From IMG/VR virus record IMGVR_UViG_3300044712_000123: a DNA stretch of 64,000 nucleotides; one strand, 5' to 3'. Shown piece by piece: positions 37,595 to 47,177 of this stretch (position 1 is its first letter; the number at the start of each line of letters is the position of its first letter). Below the pieces are notes generated by a model. It did no database searches, was not told where the DNA came from, and saw nothing but the letters and a program-made list of their open reading frames with translations. The position numbers and the translations under genes are program-made. This DNA comes from a virus (lineage: Duplodnaviria; Heunggongvirae; Uroviricota; Caudoviricetes).

Positions 37595-38593
37595 TTAAGA
37601 CTTGTTTTGTCTTGCACGAATCATCGCTAGGATGTCTTGTGCTTTATCGCTTGATGGAGTTGAAGTTGGTACTTGAACTGGTGCACTTGAGGTAGACTCA
37701 TCTTCCCAAGGTGCAGTTTCTGCTACCGGGGTAGCAACTGCAGGGGCGCTGGTTTCAGCAGACGCTTGTGTCTGACCTGCATTTGATGTACCTGATGGAG
37801 CTTCGACACCCCATGGGCGGTAGTATTGACCCCAACGTTCGTTATCAAACGCTTGACCATCAACTGATGCCTCAAACATTTCTTTGATAACACGCAATTC
37901 TGCTTCTGTAGGCTTCTTAGGCAAGAAGTCAGCCAAGTTGAACAAACCATGTGCTTCGATAGCCGCTTGCTCTGCTTCTGTCAATGGAGATTCTTTACGA
38001 GCCCAGTTAGAAGTTGAGTAGTCAGCATAGCCACCCTTGCTTGTCTTCTTGATGTTGAAGTCAAGACCACGCAAGTAGTCTGTTGGCAATTCATCAATCT
38101 CAGGATCCATCAAGCCAGCTTTAACAACTGGGATGATTTGTGGGCTGATGATGAATCGGCGAATTGGGTTTGCTGGGACTTTGTCGTCACCAAGTGGGTT
38201 TTGACGAACAAAACCTTGGAACAAGTAACTACGCTTCTTCCAGTACTTGTTTGCCATTTCTTTCAATGTTTCGTCTTTGTACCAAGGACGAACTTCTGCC
38301 AAGATAGGGCAAGCGTCACCGTACATTTCCATACATGGAACTTGAACGATTACTTGTTTGAAGTTAGGATCACCCTTGACACCATTGAATGGCAATTTGA
38401 TGATTTGCTTTTCGACCCAGAAGAAGTCGTTCTTTGAGTTACCGTCAGGTAAGAATCGAACACTTGCTGTAGTGCCTTCATCCATATTCCAGTGGGGGTA
38501 AACTGCGTTGTCAGATTGGGTGTTAGAACCCTTGTTGTTTGACTTGTTTTCTTGCGCTGCGATACGAGCGCGGATTTCTGCTAATGATGCCAT
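37595..38593 (-). CDS. single-stranded DNA-binding protein (gp32-like)
   Basis: VRFLPD, CPI, GLDFNIKKT..ADYSTSNW; next to uvsX. Confidence 0.85.
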   Translation of the reverse strand: MASLAEIRARIAAQENKSNNKGSNTQSDNAVYPHWNMDEGTTASVRFLPDGNSKNDFFWVEKQIIKLPFNGVKGDPNFKQVIVQVPCMEMYGDACPILAEVRPWYKDETLKEMANKYWKKRSYLFQGFVRQNPLGDDKVPANPIRRFIISPQIIPVVKAGLMDPEIDELPTDYLRGLDFNIKKTSKGGYADYSTSNWARKESPLTEAEQAAIEAHGLFNLADFLPKKPTEAELRVIKEMFEASVDGQAFDNERWGQYYRPWGVEAPSGTSNAGQTQASAETSAPAVATPVAETAPWEDESTSSAPVQVPTSTPSSDKAQDILAMIRARQNKS

Positions 38594-38670
38594 GATATAT
38601 TTCCTTATAAAATTGAGATGGTCTCTGTTTTAATATTCGACACTCACCGTGAATGTCTAACACAAATGTA

Positions 38671-38699
38671 AGTATAGCAAACGCTTACAAGCATGTCAA
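38671..38699 (-). promoter_or_regulatory. sigma70-type promoter of gp32 operon
   Basis: TTGACA-N17-TATACT. Confidence 0.75.
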
Positions 38700-38754
38700 T
38701 AGTATTTATGCCGGATGTGGTAAACCTCACCTTTTAAGTGAGGTTTTTGAGAAC

Positions 38755-40581
38755 TTATTTACCCAATAGTTTGAGTAGTGTCGTTAGCTCATCTATGCCT
38801 TCGTCAACTTGTTCCTTGTCATCATCTTCTTCTGTTACTACAGCTTGTGCGTCAGTGTTGATGAAGTTTTCGTTGGCACCAACTAGTTTACCGATATTGT
38901 TATTTTTAACTTTCTCAGTAGGACCTAATTGACCTACACGCTTTTGATTAGCGTCAAGCCCTTCATCGACTTCTTGACCAAACTCATCTGCTAAACGGTC
39001 AAAGACGATTTCTTGAATACGTTCAAAATCATCATCTGGGTGTAGACCTGAATCGATGACAACATCATTGTACATATCTTGTACGAACTTACCTGCTGGT
39101 GTGTCGGCAGTGAACAAGTCATACAATGCGTCATAATCTTCGTTAGCAACAATATCTGATAACTCAGCATGTAGTTCGTCCATTGCACCTTCGTTAACAC
39201 CTTGTGATCCTGTCAATTCTCTTTCAACTTGTTTGACCCAACCACTAACGTCACTAGAACCAATTTCATCGGTGTCACCAACAAAGTCAGCAACACTATC
39301 AATAGCTGAACTAACAGCTTCAGGTCCAAACTTTGATAACAAGTCAACACGTTGCATTAAAATTCTACGAGTGATAGCTTGTGCAACAGGGCTAACTTCT
39401 TCTCCGGGGTTAGCTAACATACCTTCAGGGATTCCACTTGGATTCAGAGCCTCTTGACCTCCATCACCTTCAGATAGATTATCTTCTGGAGCATCTTCAC
39501 CACCTGGTTCACCTGCATCGGCAGCAGTATCAACGTCAGTTTCTTCACTAGCTTCGCCACCATCGCCACCTTCAAGCAAGCTATCTGCCCATTCAGACAA
39601 TGCACTGACTTCTGCCATTTCGCTAACTTGTTTGTGTAATTTAGACAAGATTGGCATAACTGATTCGATGCGTGGATCTAACGTTTCTTGTACAAACAAT
39701 TCGTTGATAGAAGCGGTATCACTGTCGTCTTCCATTAGAGGAGGAGTCCATGATTCAAAGTACATGTTGTATCCACGGTGGCCTGTCATCTTGCTCAATG
39801 ACTCACGCAACGAGTTATAGTGGGCAATACCACTTTCTACTAATTTCTGTGCTGATTCATTGAACTGACCGCCACGTGTAGCACGAACGAATCCTGCCAT
39901 CTTTTGATATTCTTCGCAAATGCTACTGATATGATTCCAACGATCATCGTGAGGCTTGCCACCTTCTGCGATGTGACGAGCGTATACCTTAGCAATACCA
40001 GGCTTTGTAGTAGGAGCTAAGAATCTCTCACCTTCTTGATTCTCTAAGAAGATACGTGCCACATTACGATAGCGTTGTTCACCTTCTTCGATTTGACGGC
40101 TGTGTTGAATGACCATCTTAACTGTAGGAACTGCGTCACTGTAACTAGCTTTCTTACCCATCGGATAATAGCCTTCTTTAATTGCTTCTTGTTTTCTCAT
40201 GTGTTCTCTCCGTGCCATATCTGATTCTAAATGGTCTTCGTTTTCTAAATCGAATTTGCGCAAGCCATTACGGAAGCGCCAGCTGCTCAACAATCTCACA
40301 AATGAAGTCCAACTGTCAGAGTACTGTGTACCTGATGTATTTGTATCAGGGCTGTTAGCTACTTCGTCACCGTAGTAAACAATCAATTTCTTGTCACCGT
40401 CAATGGTAATAGATACCTTGCCGTAGTCTTCACCGTCTTTGATGAAGTTGAATTGGAATACTGCTGCCTCTTCAGGAACAGGAGTTGCCTGACCTGAAGA
40501 AGATAACATCTTGGGTTTGTAACCTCTACTGCGTAGAAGCTCATATAAATCGCGGTTTAACGCTTCTGAATTCTTAGACAT
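38755..40581 (-). CDS. large acidic late protein, probably head-associated
   Basis: 608 aa next to terminase; repeated hydrophobic-x-EG motifs; GATAAATA promoter. Confidence 0.55.
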   Translation of the reverse strand: MSKNSEALNRDLYELLRSRGYKPKMLSSSGQATPVPEEAAVFQFNFIKDGEDYGKVSITIDGDKKLIVYYGDEVANSPDTNTSGTQYSDSWTSFVRLLSSWRFRNGLRKFDLENEDHLESDMARREHMRKQEAIKEGYYPMGKKASYSDAVPTVKMVIQHSRQIEEGEQRYRNVARIFLENQEGERFLAPTTKPGIAKVYARHIAEGGKPHDDRWNHISSICEEYQKMAGFVRATRGGQFNESAQKLVESGIAHYNSLRESLSKMTGHRGYNMYFESWTPPLMEDDSDTASINELFVQETLDPRIESVMPILSKLHKQVSEMAEVSALSEWADSLLEGGDGGEASEETDVDTAADAGEPGGEDAPEDNLSEGDGGQEALNPSGIPEGMLANPGEEVSPVAQAITRRILMQRVDLLSKFGPEAVSSAIDSVADFVGDTDEIGSSDVSGWVKQVERELTGSQGVNEGAMDELHAELSDIVANEDYDALYDLFTADTPAGKFVQDMYNDVVIDSGLHPDDDFERIQEIVFDRLADEFGQEVDEGLDANQKRVGQLGPTEKVKNNNIGKLVGANENFINTDAQAVVTEEDDDKEQVDEGIDELTTLLKLLGK

Positions 40582-40601
40582 CTTATATTTATCTTCCTCA
40601 G

Positions 40602-42155
40602 TTAGTTAATGACTGCAAAGAAAGGCAACGGAGCGATTCGTTCCTCGTGGTCTCTAATATGTGCTTCTAGCTTAAAGTGATAGTCGCTAACCACTGTTAA
40701 AATACGTACAACTAATAAACTAGCCATCACTAAGTCATCAGTATCACCGATTTTAGCTGCAAAACTGCCACCATGGGCTACAAAAGACTTCAATTCACTG
40801 ATAAGACTATGACTATTTACCTTCATTTTCTTGCTTTCCACTAGTGTTTTGAACTTTGCGCAAGCTGCAAGTTTGCTCTTGTTAGTAGTGTTGAATCCTC
40901 TACGACTCTTACCTGGTTCAGATAAGAAGATACCGGGGATATTAGACTCTCCGAATTCATTCAACGACACAATAGCTGCTTCGCCGATACCATTACATTC
41001 AATTGAGTAGTAGATGCTGTTGGGTTCGCTTGTACATTCAGCAATGTATCGATTGATTTGTGCAAGTAATTTAATTTGACTAGGAATGTCGGTCTTGTTG
41101 TGCTTCCACTCACCGATCTGTGTTGTTGTGTTAGCTTCAAAGATTTGAATAGCTGCTGGATCACCACCTGTACCAAGTGAAGGATCTAGTGCAACAACAT
41201 AGATGTTGCCCTTCTTAGGCTTCTCGTACCAACGAACCTGTCCCATTCTATTGACAGGTTCAGTGCCCTCCATCATGATTAGAGTGTTAGGATTGATAAG
41301 CGTTTCGTCAGCAATAATGAACTCACAACCAATCTCTCGATTGAAACGATCCTCACCTAACTGAGCCTTCATTTCTTTAGCCCATTGTTCATCTCGTCCG
41401 GGTTGTTCATTCCAGTAAGCTCTATATGCTCTAAATCCGTTGACTCCTAACTCTGTCTTGTTACCGTATTCGTCTTCTGTCTTGTTGGCACCCTTCCAGA
41501 TCAGAGCAAATTGATCTTCGTCACTGTTAGGAGTACTTGTGATAATCGCTTTACCACCAGTTGACAATGTAGGTGTAATAGCAGTCCAGAACTCTGTCGC
41601 AATACTAGGTCGAACGAATGCAAATTCGTCTAGGTATAATAATGAGATAGACATACCACGACCTGTGTTTTCAGTAGTTGTAGCTGAAACGATACGTGAA
41701 CCGTTCTCAAAGTCTAGTGAGCCTTTGTTGTACGTAGTGACACCTGCTTTAATGTAGTCGGGGCAGTTTTCATATGCATAACGAATACGTTGCATGATTT
41801 CTTGCGCACCTGTGTACTTGTGTGCTGCGATTAGAATAGTTGAATCAGGTACAAACATAGCGTACCACAATAGGTATCCTGCGGCTGATGTACTCTTACC
41901 TGACTGACGAGGCATCAAGCTGATAGAGTAACGATATCTGTGATACGTATCGATCAATTTCTCTTGATAGGGCCAAGGGTGATAATTCATGCTACCCTTA
42001 GTAGGGTGCTGAATCATAAAGAAGTTATCCATGAAGTATAGATAACCCGTATTAGGGTCACAGCATTTTGCAAACTCTTGCAGTTGTTGTGTAGTGTAGG
42101 CCGTCTTTTGATAAGGTGTTTTTACTAATGACGGAGCGTTATTGTTTGTAGCCAT
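40602..42155 (-). CDS. terminase large subunit (gp17-like)
   Basis: PRQSGKS, LYLDEFAF, TSTPN, RNaseH DPSLG..DDLVMA. Confidence 0.93.
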   Translation of the reverse strand: MATNNNAPSLVKTPYQKTAYTTQQLQEFAKCCDPNTGYLYFMDNFFMIQHPTKGSMNYHPWPYQEKLIDTYHRYRYSISLMPRQSGKSTSAAGYLLWYAMFVPDSTILIAAHKYTGAQEIMQRIRYAYENCPDYIKAGVTTYNKGSLDFENGSRIVSATTTENTGRGMSISLLYLDEFAFVRPSIATEFWTAITPTLSTGGKAIITSTPNSDEDQFALIWKGANKTEDEYGNKTELGVNGFRAYRAYWNEQPGRDEQWAKEMKAQLGEDRFNREIGCEFIIADETLINPNTLIMMEGTEPVNRMGQVRWYEKPKKGNIYVVALDPSLGTGGDPAAIQIFEANTTTQIGEWKHNKTDIPSQIKLLAQINRYIAECTSEPNSIYYSIECNGIGEAAIVSLNEFGESNIPGIFLSEPGKSRRGFNTTNKSKLAACAKFKTLVESKKMKVNSHSLISELKSFVAHGGSFAAKIGDTDDLVMASLLVVRILTVVSDYHFKLEAHIRDHEERIAPLPFFAVIN

Positions 42156-42180
42156 AACACTATTTATGAATTAAATGCTA

Positions 42181-42459
42181 CTATTTTGAAAAAGGGTTTT
42201 CACCAGTAAGATGTGGCTTTGCAAACATAACCTTGAACCACTCTTTGTCACCGGGACGAATGTTGTTCTCACGCATGTACTCAGTTTTCTTAGCTGCGAG
42301 TTCGTAGTTAGGAGTTACTGTAGTCTCTCCTGTGATCTTTCCGTTGCCACTCAAACGTTTCAACTCGTCAAGTGTCATATCTTTCTCGGGTGCAGGTTTA
42401 TACTCCTTCATAGATTGATATGCGTTTTGTAACTTAGATTGTTGAAACGGATCAAACAT
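42181..42459 (-). CDS. small hypothetical protein
   Basis: NIRPGDKEWF; TAG stop. Confidence 0.65.
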   Translation of the reverse strand: MFDPFQQSKLQNAYQSMKEYKPAPEKDMTLDELKRLSGNGKITGETTVTPNYELAAKKTEYMRENNIRPGDKEWFKVMFAKPHLTGENPFSK

Positions 42460-43459
42460 TGTTTGCGATTAAATAACCTTCAATCTGTCCACCAATATTG
42501 CTAGTGCCGCTACTACTTGCAACTTGCCATTGAATGTCAGTTTTTTCCGGGTATGGTCGAGGGACAACTTTTGTAGAATTGTACTGTTGTTGCATTGGAA
42601 ATGTCAATACAATACTAACCAAGCCGCTGGGATTTTTCGTCCAACTTCTATACAATGCAGTCTGGCTACCTGTTTGGTTCGTATACCAATTACTTTGTGT
42701 AAGATAAAATGTATATCCGGCAGGAACTGTGTACACTGTCATTTGGCTTCTACCGGCGCTGTTGTTATTCACTGTTCCAATGTATGCAAGTGTAATAGAT
42801 TTATCGCTACTCCCTGCACGAAGTAATCCTACGTTCTGTGGTACTCTTGTTAAGCTGATACTATTAATCCTCAAGAAACTACCTGAGGTCAATACTCCTG
42901 TAGTGCCGTTTGTTAATACAACGGTCTCGGTGAGAATATTATAACTTGCATCTAACCCACTGACTAGTACACTAACGTTAGTATCACTTGCGCTAGCACT
43001 CCAAACACGTACTTGTTGTGCTGAATTGAAGTACACATATGTCCCATCTTCCCAAGCTGGGATAAACGTGGTTCCAACGTTAGAACTATATCCTGAGATA
43101 CTCAACCCCTGAACACCAGATACTTGATTTCTGGCAACTTGTAATTGCCATGGAGCATTGTCTAAACTGTAGTTGTTATCCAAAGATACAATCCATGGAT
43201 TAGTTCCTTGTGTTACTTCTACCGTTTGTCCCGGATCAATTGTAATATTACCTGCAATAGGCATGTACGGGACTTGTAGATTTCCTGATGTTCCAATCTC
43301 ACTAATATGTGCATCTACTGATGTACCTATCGTCACATTTCCGATAATCTGTGCGTTTGTATTTAAATAAACCGTACCGGTAGTTTCATCTAGTGCCAAT
43401 GCTTGGTTGATATTGCGTAAGTACCAAGGACTTACATTTGATGGATCTGGTGTTGCCAT
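42452..43459 (-). CDS. probable virion structural/fiber-like protein
   Basis: S/T/G/N-rich beta composition; late promoter upstream. Confidence 0.55.
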   Translation of the reverse strand: MATPDPSNVSPWYLRNINQALALDETTGTVYLNTNAQIIGNVTIGTSVDAHISEIGTSGNLQVPYMPIAGNITIDPGQTVEVTQGTNPWIVSLDNNYSLDNAPWQLQVARNQVSGVQGLSISGYSSNVGTTFIPAWEDGTYVYFNSAQQVRVWSASASDTNVSVLVSGLDASYNILTETVVLTNGTTGVLTSGSFLRINSISLTRVPQNVGLLRAGSSDKSITLAYIGTVNNNSAGRSQMTVYTVPAGYTFYLTQSNWYTNQTGSQTALYRSWTKNPSGLVSIVLTFPMQQQYNSTKVVPRPYPEKTDIQWQVASSSGTSNIGGQIEGYLIANNV

Positions 43460-43489
43460 ATAAAACTCACTATTATTGAGTATTTATCA

Positions 43490-44158
43490 TTATACATCTT
43501 TGATTAGGTTAGATATCCATAGTTTGTGTAGTTCTAGGGATTCAGCGGGCAATGTAAGTCCCAGGTTGTCTTGTAGAAGCCCATTAAGATAATTCCAACC
43601 TTCTAATGAGAACAGTTTTTCTATTTCTACTACGAAACCATTGGTCTCATCAGCTAATAATATGAACTCTGACGTATCAGGGGTGATTATCTTCTCAAAA
43701 TACAACGGTAGTGAATACTGCTCAGGTTGTTGAGGACCTAGTCTATATTTGTCTATTCGTTGTTTAGGCAGAGAATTGGGGCTAGGCCAGGATACTATTA
43801 ACCAAACACAATCATCTAATCCCAAGAAGGCATCTCGAATTAAGTTTGTCTGATAACAAGCCCAGTGACCATGAATGATATTGGTATTAGCATTATTCTC
43901 TAATACAAGTCGATGTTTTTTTGAGTCATCTAGTAATGCATCCATCTGATTTGTTTGAAATAGATGTACTTTATAAAACGAGCCGGGCTGCCCGTCAGAC
44001 AGGTAACCCTTCTGTAGCTTATTAAAATAGTCTGTTGAGTGGAATCTAGGTTCAAACCCAGTTATAGTACTGAGTAAATTAGATACATGATTCCCACCGC
44101 CACCTCCGGGATACAAGACACACAAGTGCTTGTACCTTTTGGTTATTTTAGCGGTCAT
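43490..44158 (-). CDS. hypothetical protein (possible sulfotransferase-like P-loop)
   Basis: YPGGGGGNH loop near N-terminus. Confidence 0.45.
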   Translation of the reverse strand: MTAKITKRYKHLCVLYPGGGGGNHVSNLLSTITGFEPRFHSTDYFNKLQKGYLSDGQPGSFYKVHLFQTNQMDALLDDSKKHRLVLENNANTNIIHGHWACYQTNLIRDAFLGLDDCVWLIVSWPSPNSLPKQRIDKYRLGPQQPEQYSLPLYFEKIITPDTSEFILLADETNGFVVEIEKLFSLEGWNYLNGLLQDNLGLTLPAESLELHKLWISNLIKDV

Positions 44159-44844
44159 TTAATATCAAGAGGTCTAGCTTTAGTGGCTACAATGCAGTAG
44201 AACTTCTCTCTAGCAGTATAGTCTTCACCATTTCCATTTTTACCTTGAAGATCGAACTCTAGTTTTTCGAACATGTTAATGTCAAAGCCTGTTCGTACTA
44301 GCAATGCAGCTAGTTGCTGTTCACCCAAGATACTATAGTGATTCAAATTCCACTCATGCTGACGGTCACAGTCGGGAGCAGGAACTTCAATGTAAATCTT
44401 ACCGTTTTGTTTTAAAACACGATTGTATTCCATCAAACTAAAGATAGGATATGGACTGTGTTCCAATGCGTGTCGCAAGAAAATGAAGTCTACTGATTCA
44501 TCGTGATATCCATCGGCTTGTGGCAAAAAACTCAAGTCATATGGCTTAGTAGTATGACCTTTAGTCTTACAGATTTCAATGTCACCGGGGCTTAGTGTAA
44601 CTCCAATGACATCAGTGTATTCTCTTTCCTTCATCGCATCTAAGAAATAACCGGGGCCACAACCTAAGTCAAGAATTTTAGCATCTTTTGGGATATTAAG
44701 AGGATCTATATATTTCTGAACGATATCGGCAGTAAGTTTTTCATGCATCGGGCTGTTACCCTCATCATAGATGTGGGCTGTGTACAACCATTCGTTGTAA
44801 AACTTGAGTTTGAGTAAATCTAGGGTGTTGTTAATGTCAATCAT
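44155..44844 (-). CDS. class I SAM-dependent methyltransferase
   Basis: ILDLGCGPG, RHALEH, RVLKQNG. Confidence 0.85.
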   Translation of the reverse strand: MIDINNTLDLLKLKFYNEWLYTAHIYDEGNSPMHEKLTADIVQKYIDPLNIPKDAKILDLGCGPGYFLDAMKEREYTDVIGVTLSPGDIEICKTKGHTTKPYDLSFLPQADGYHDESVDFIFLRHALEHSPYPIFSLMEYNRVLKQNGKIYIEVPAPDCDRQHEWNLNHYSILGEQQLAALLVRTGFDINMFEKLEFDLQGKNGNGEDYTAREKFYCIVATKARPLDIK

Positions 44845-44876
44845 AGAATTACTTATTCTATGACAGGCTTGAGAAA

Positions 44877-45251
44877 TTATTTTCTCTTATATCCCTTGAA
44901 GGGTTTTACTAGACTTTGGGTGTTTGTTCCTGGCAACTCTCGGCTCTCATTGTCGCCGTGATTTAAGTCATGCATCTCACTACCAACAGCACCGTATGCT
45001 TGTTTAAGCATAGCAGCTTCAATATCAGTATATGGATGTGCAGTATTGAATCTACCGCTCCAAGTCTCTGCATCTAGTTCAAGTGGAGTGACACCATCGG
45101 CACATGCGGTAGCCATCATGATACGATTCAATTCATATGTCCTGTCGTATCCACCTGGGTCACGAAACTTATGTAGTCCGCGGGTAGCATTTGATTGTCG
45201 CTTTGTAGGTTTAGCTACTTTACGCTCTGTTAAAAATTCGCTGGCTCTCAT
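44877..45251 (-). CDS. small late protein, paralog of 45248
   Basis: MRASEFLTE..FKGYKRK. Confidence 0.7.
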   Translation of the reverse strand: MRASEFLTERKVAKPTKRQSNATRGLHKFRDPGGYDRTYELNRIMMATACADGVTPLELDAETWSGRFNTAHPYTDIEAAMLKQAYGAVGSEMHDLNHGDNESRELPGTNTQSLVKPFKGYKRK

Positions 45252-45640
45252 TTTCTCTTGTATCCTTTGAAAGCCTTCATTGGGCTACTTTTAACAACAT
45301 CTACTGCTTCTTCACTACCATCAGTACTAATTAATGTCTTCCCGCTTACGCCAACTTCCTTCATAGCTAGGTCGATATCTGCTGCGATGTTAGGATCCAT
45401 ATAAGACGATACAATCATGTTCTCGCCCCAAGGAGTTTCTTTTTCGAAGTTATAAGGAGGAATAGAGTCTTGTGCTCTTTCTACTTGACCGCGAACTCCT
45501 GCCATAGCAACACCAAATCTATACTGTGCATAGAAATCACTGTTTGGTAAGCCCGGAATTGTGTAGGTGCCTGGCAACGCTCTAGCAATATCAACAGACA
45601 ATGCTACTCGTTGTTCGGTTATAAATTCTTTTGCTCTCAT
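45248..45640 (-). CDS. small late protein, paralog of 44877
   Basis: MRAKEFITE..FKGYKRK. Confidence 0.7.
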   Translation of the reverse strand: MRAKEFITEQRVALSVDIARALPGTYTIPGLPNSDFYAQYRFGVAMAGVRGQVERAQDSIPPYNFEKETPWGENMIVSSYMDPNIAADIDLAMKEVGVSGKTLISTDGSEEAVDVVKSSPMKAFKGYKRK

Positions 45641-46167
45641 GCTGGTTGCTCAGTCGTGATCTCAGCTAATCCTTCTGTTCCTAAAACGCCCGAGTCATTT
45701 TCAAGGGACATTGACATACCAACGACATTATCATTGAACATAATTTGATATCCAATAAAGTGGTTCACTTGGTCGTTAACTGTTGGGGTAACGTATATGT
45801 TGACGAATCCATCTATGATATCCATATCGTAGTTACTGACTACATGCGTACCGTTGATAAGAGCATTAAATGCTGTAAACTTCACGGACGTTAAATCATT
45901 GGAAATTGCAGCAGTCATTGTGATGTTTTGACTATCATTGGTTGCAGGATTTACTGAATTGATCTGAAACTGCGCTTGGGTAAAGAGTGTAGCGTCTATG
46001 CTGAAAATAGATTGCGTAGTATCATCAAGCGTTACGCTTTCAGTAGTGGCCCAACCAGTTCCAAACAGTTGTGTGAAGTTATTATTGATCTTTGCAAAAG
46101 CCGTGCGTAACGGATCGCCTTCACCGTCGTTGGCTTGTGCGCCAATATTAATAATTTCTTGTGTCAT
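45637..46167 (-). CDS. baseplate/tail protein with T4 gp9/gp10-like N-terminus
   Basis: INIGAQANDGEGDPLRTAFAKINNNF. Confidence 0.7.
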   Translation of the reverse strand: MTQEIINIGAQANDGEGDPLRTAFAKINNNFTQLFGTGWATTESVTLDDTTQSIFSIDATLFTQAQFQINSVNPATNDSQNITMTAAISNDLTSVKFTAFNALINGTHVVSNYDMDIIDGFVNIYVTPTVNDQVNHFIGYQIMFNDNVVGMSMSLENDSGVLGTEGLAEITTEQPA

Positions 46168-46197
46168 TTGTGTAAATCCTAGCCTATAAAGTATTTA

Positions 46198-46467
46198 TCA
46201 AAACCCGAACCAACCTCTGGGCTGCTCAAGTTTGATTTCTCGCTTACTAGCTTGGATTTGTTGTATTGCTTTGATAGCTTCGACCTTAACTTCAGATGTT
46301 GCATCCTTTGCTAACTCGGTCAAAGCAGCAATTCTTGCAGCATCAGTGACTGTTTGGTCTCTACTGAATGACTTTTGCGCATCAACATATGTGTCAAATT
46401 CTTTAGTAGATGCACATCCAGCTAGCAGCACAGTACATAATATGATACTATTTTGCGCTATCTTCAT
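46198..46467 (-). CDS. lipoprotein
   Basis: lipobox LLAGC. Confidence 0.65.
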   Translation of the reverse strand: MKIAQNSIILCTVLLAGCASTKEFDTYVDAQKSFSRDQTVTDAARIAALTELAKDATSEVKVEAIKAIQQIQASKREIKLEQPRGWFGF

Positions 46468-46711
46468 ATATTTTCTTTTGCTCATTGTACCACTCTTGCC
46501 ATCCATCTACCTTAGTAGAGCATTCATAGTAAAGAGTATAGTTGGTTACGACAACTTTAAGCATGTCAGTGATAGAAACTTTGTCTCCCTCAATCTTCTT
46601 GAGGCTTTCGCATTGTTTCATTAATTCAGGGGTAGCTTTAGGAAACTTAGGCTGTACAGGGACCGTAGTAGAGCATCCTGCAAGCAATAATGCTAGTAAA
46701 AGATATCTCAT
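46448..46711 (-). CDS. o-spanin-like lipoprotein
   Basis: LLAGC lipobox, Pro-rich, NY..YYEC..W. Confidence 0.7.
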   Translation of the reverse strand: MRYLLLALLLAGCSTTVPVQPKFPKATPELMKQCESLKKIEGDKVSITDMLKVVVTNYTLYYECSTKVDGWQEWYNEQKKIYEDSAK

Positions 46712-47151
46712 TTTGTTGCTGCCTTATTGTGTTCTTCGATGAGTGAAGTAGGAATCGCAGGGCAACGTTCTATATATTTGATAACTTCTTCATTCTTCAC
46801 AACTTCACGGTCGATGTACTTTATAATGTCTCGACCCTTCTCACGGATAACTTTTGTCTTTTCAACGACTTTTTCCTGAATCTCTACATTCTTGTCAGCA
46901 CCCTTGGCCTGCGCCTCAGCTACTTTGACTTCCATGTCCTTGACTTTGAGTTCCCATTCTTTGTAGTCTGCTAGGCCACCTTCGAGATATACACCTAGTA
47001 GCAATAGCATAATGCTACAGACTTGAATTGCAAGTTTATATGCCCTAACAAGGGGCATGAATCCGAGAACGAATCCAACGATAGTGCCAAGTACACCTAA
47101 TCCAAAGATGATGTGTATGGCAGATTCGGGTAGTATTGATAGTATCCACAT
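46708..47151 (-). CDS. i-spanin-like membrane protein
   Basis: N-terminal TM helices, coiled coil, C-terminal Cys; overlaps o-spanin. Confidence 0.65.
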   Translation of the reverse strand: MWILSILPESAIHIIFGLGVLGTIVGFVLGFMPLVRAYKLAIQVCSIMLLLLGVYLEGGLADYKEWELKVKDMEVKVAEAQAKGADKNVEIQEKVVEKTKVIREKGRDIIKYIDREVVKNEEVIKYIERCPAIPTSLIEEHNKAATK

Positions 47152-47177
47152 AGTACCCGTATTTATACCCGGATTGA

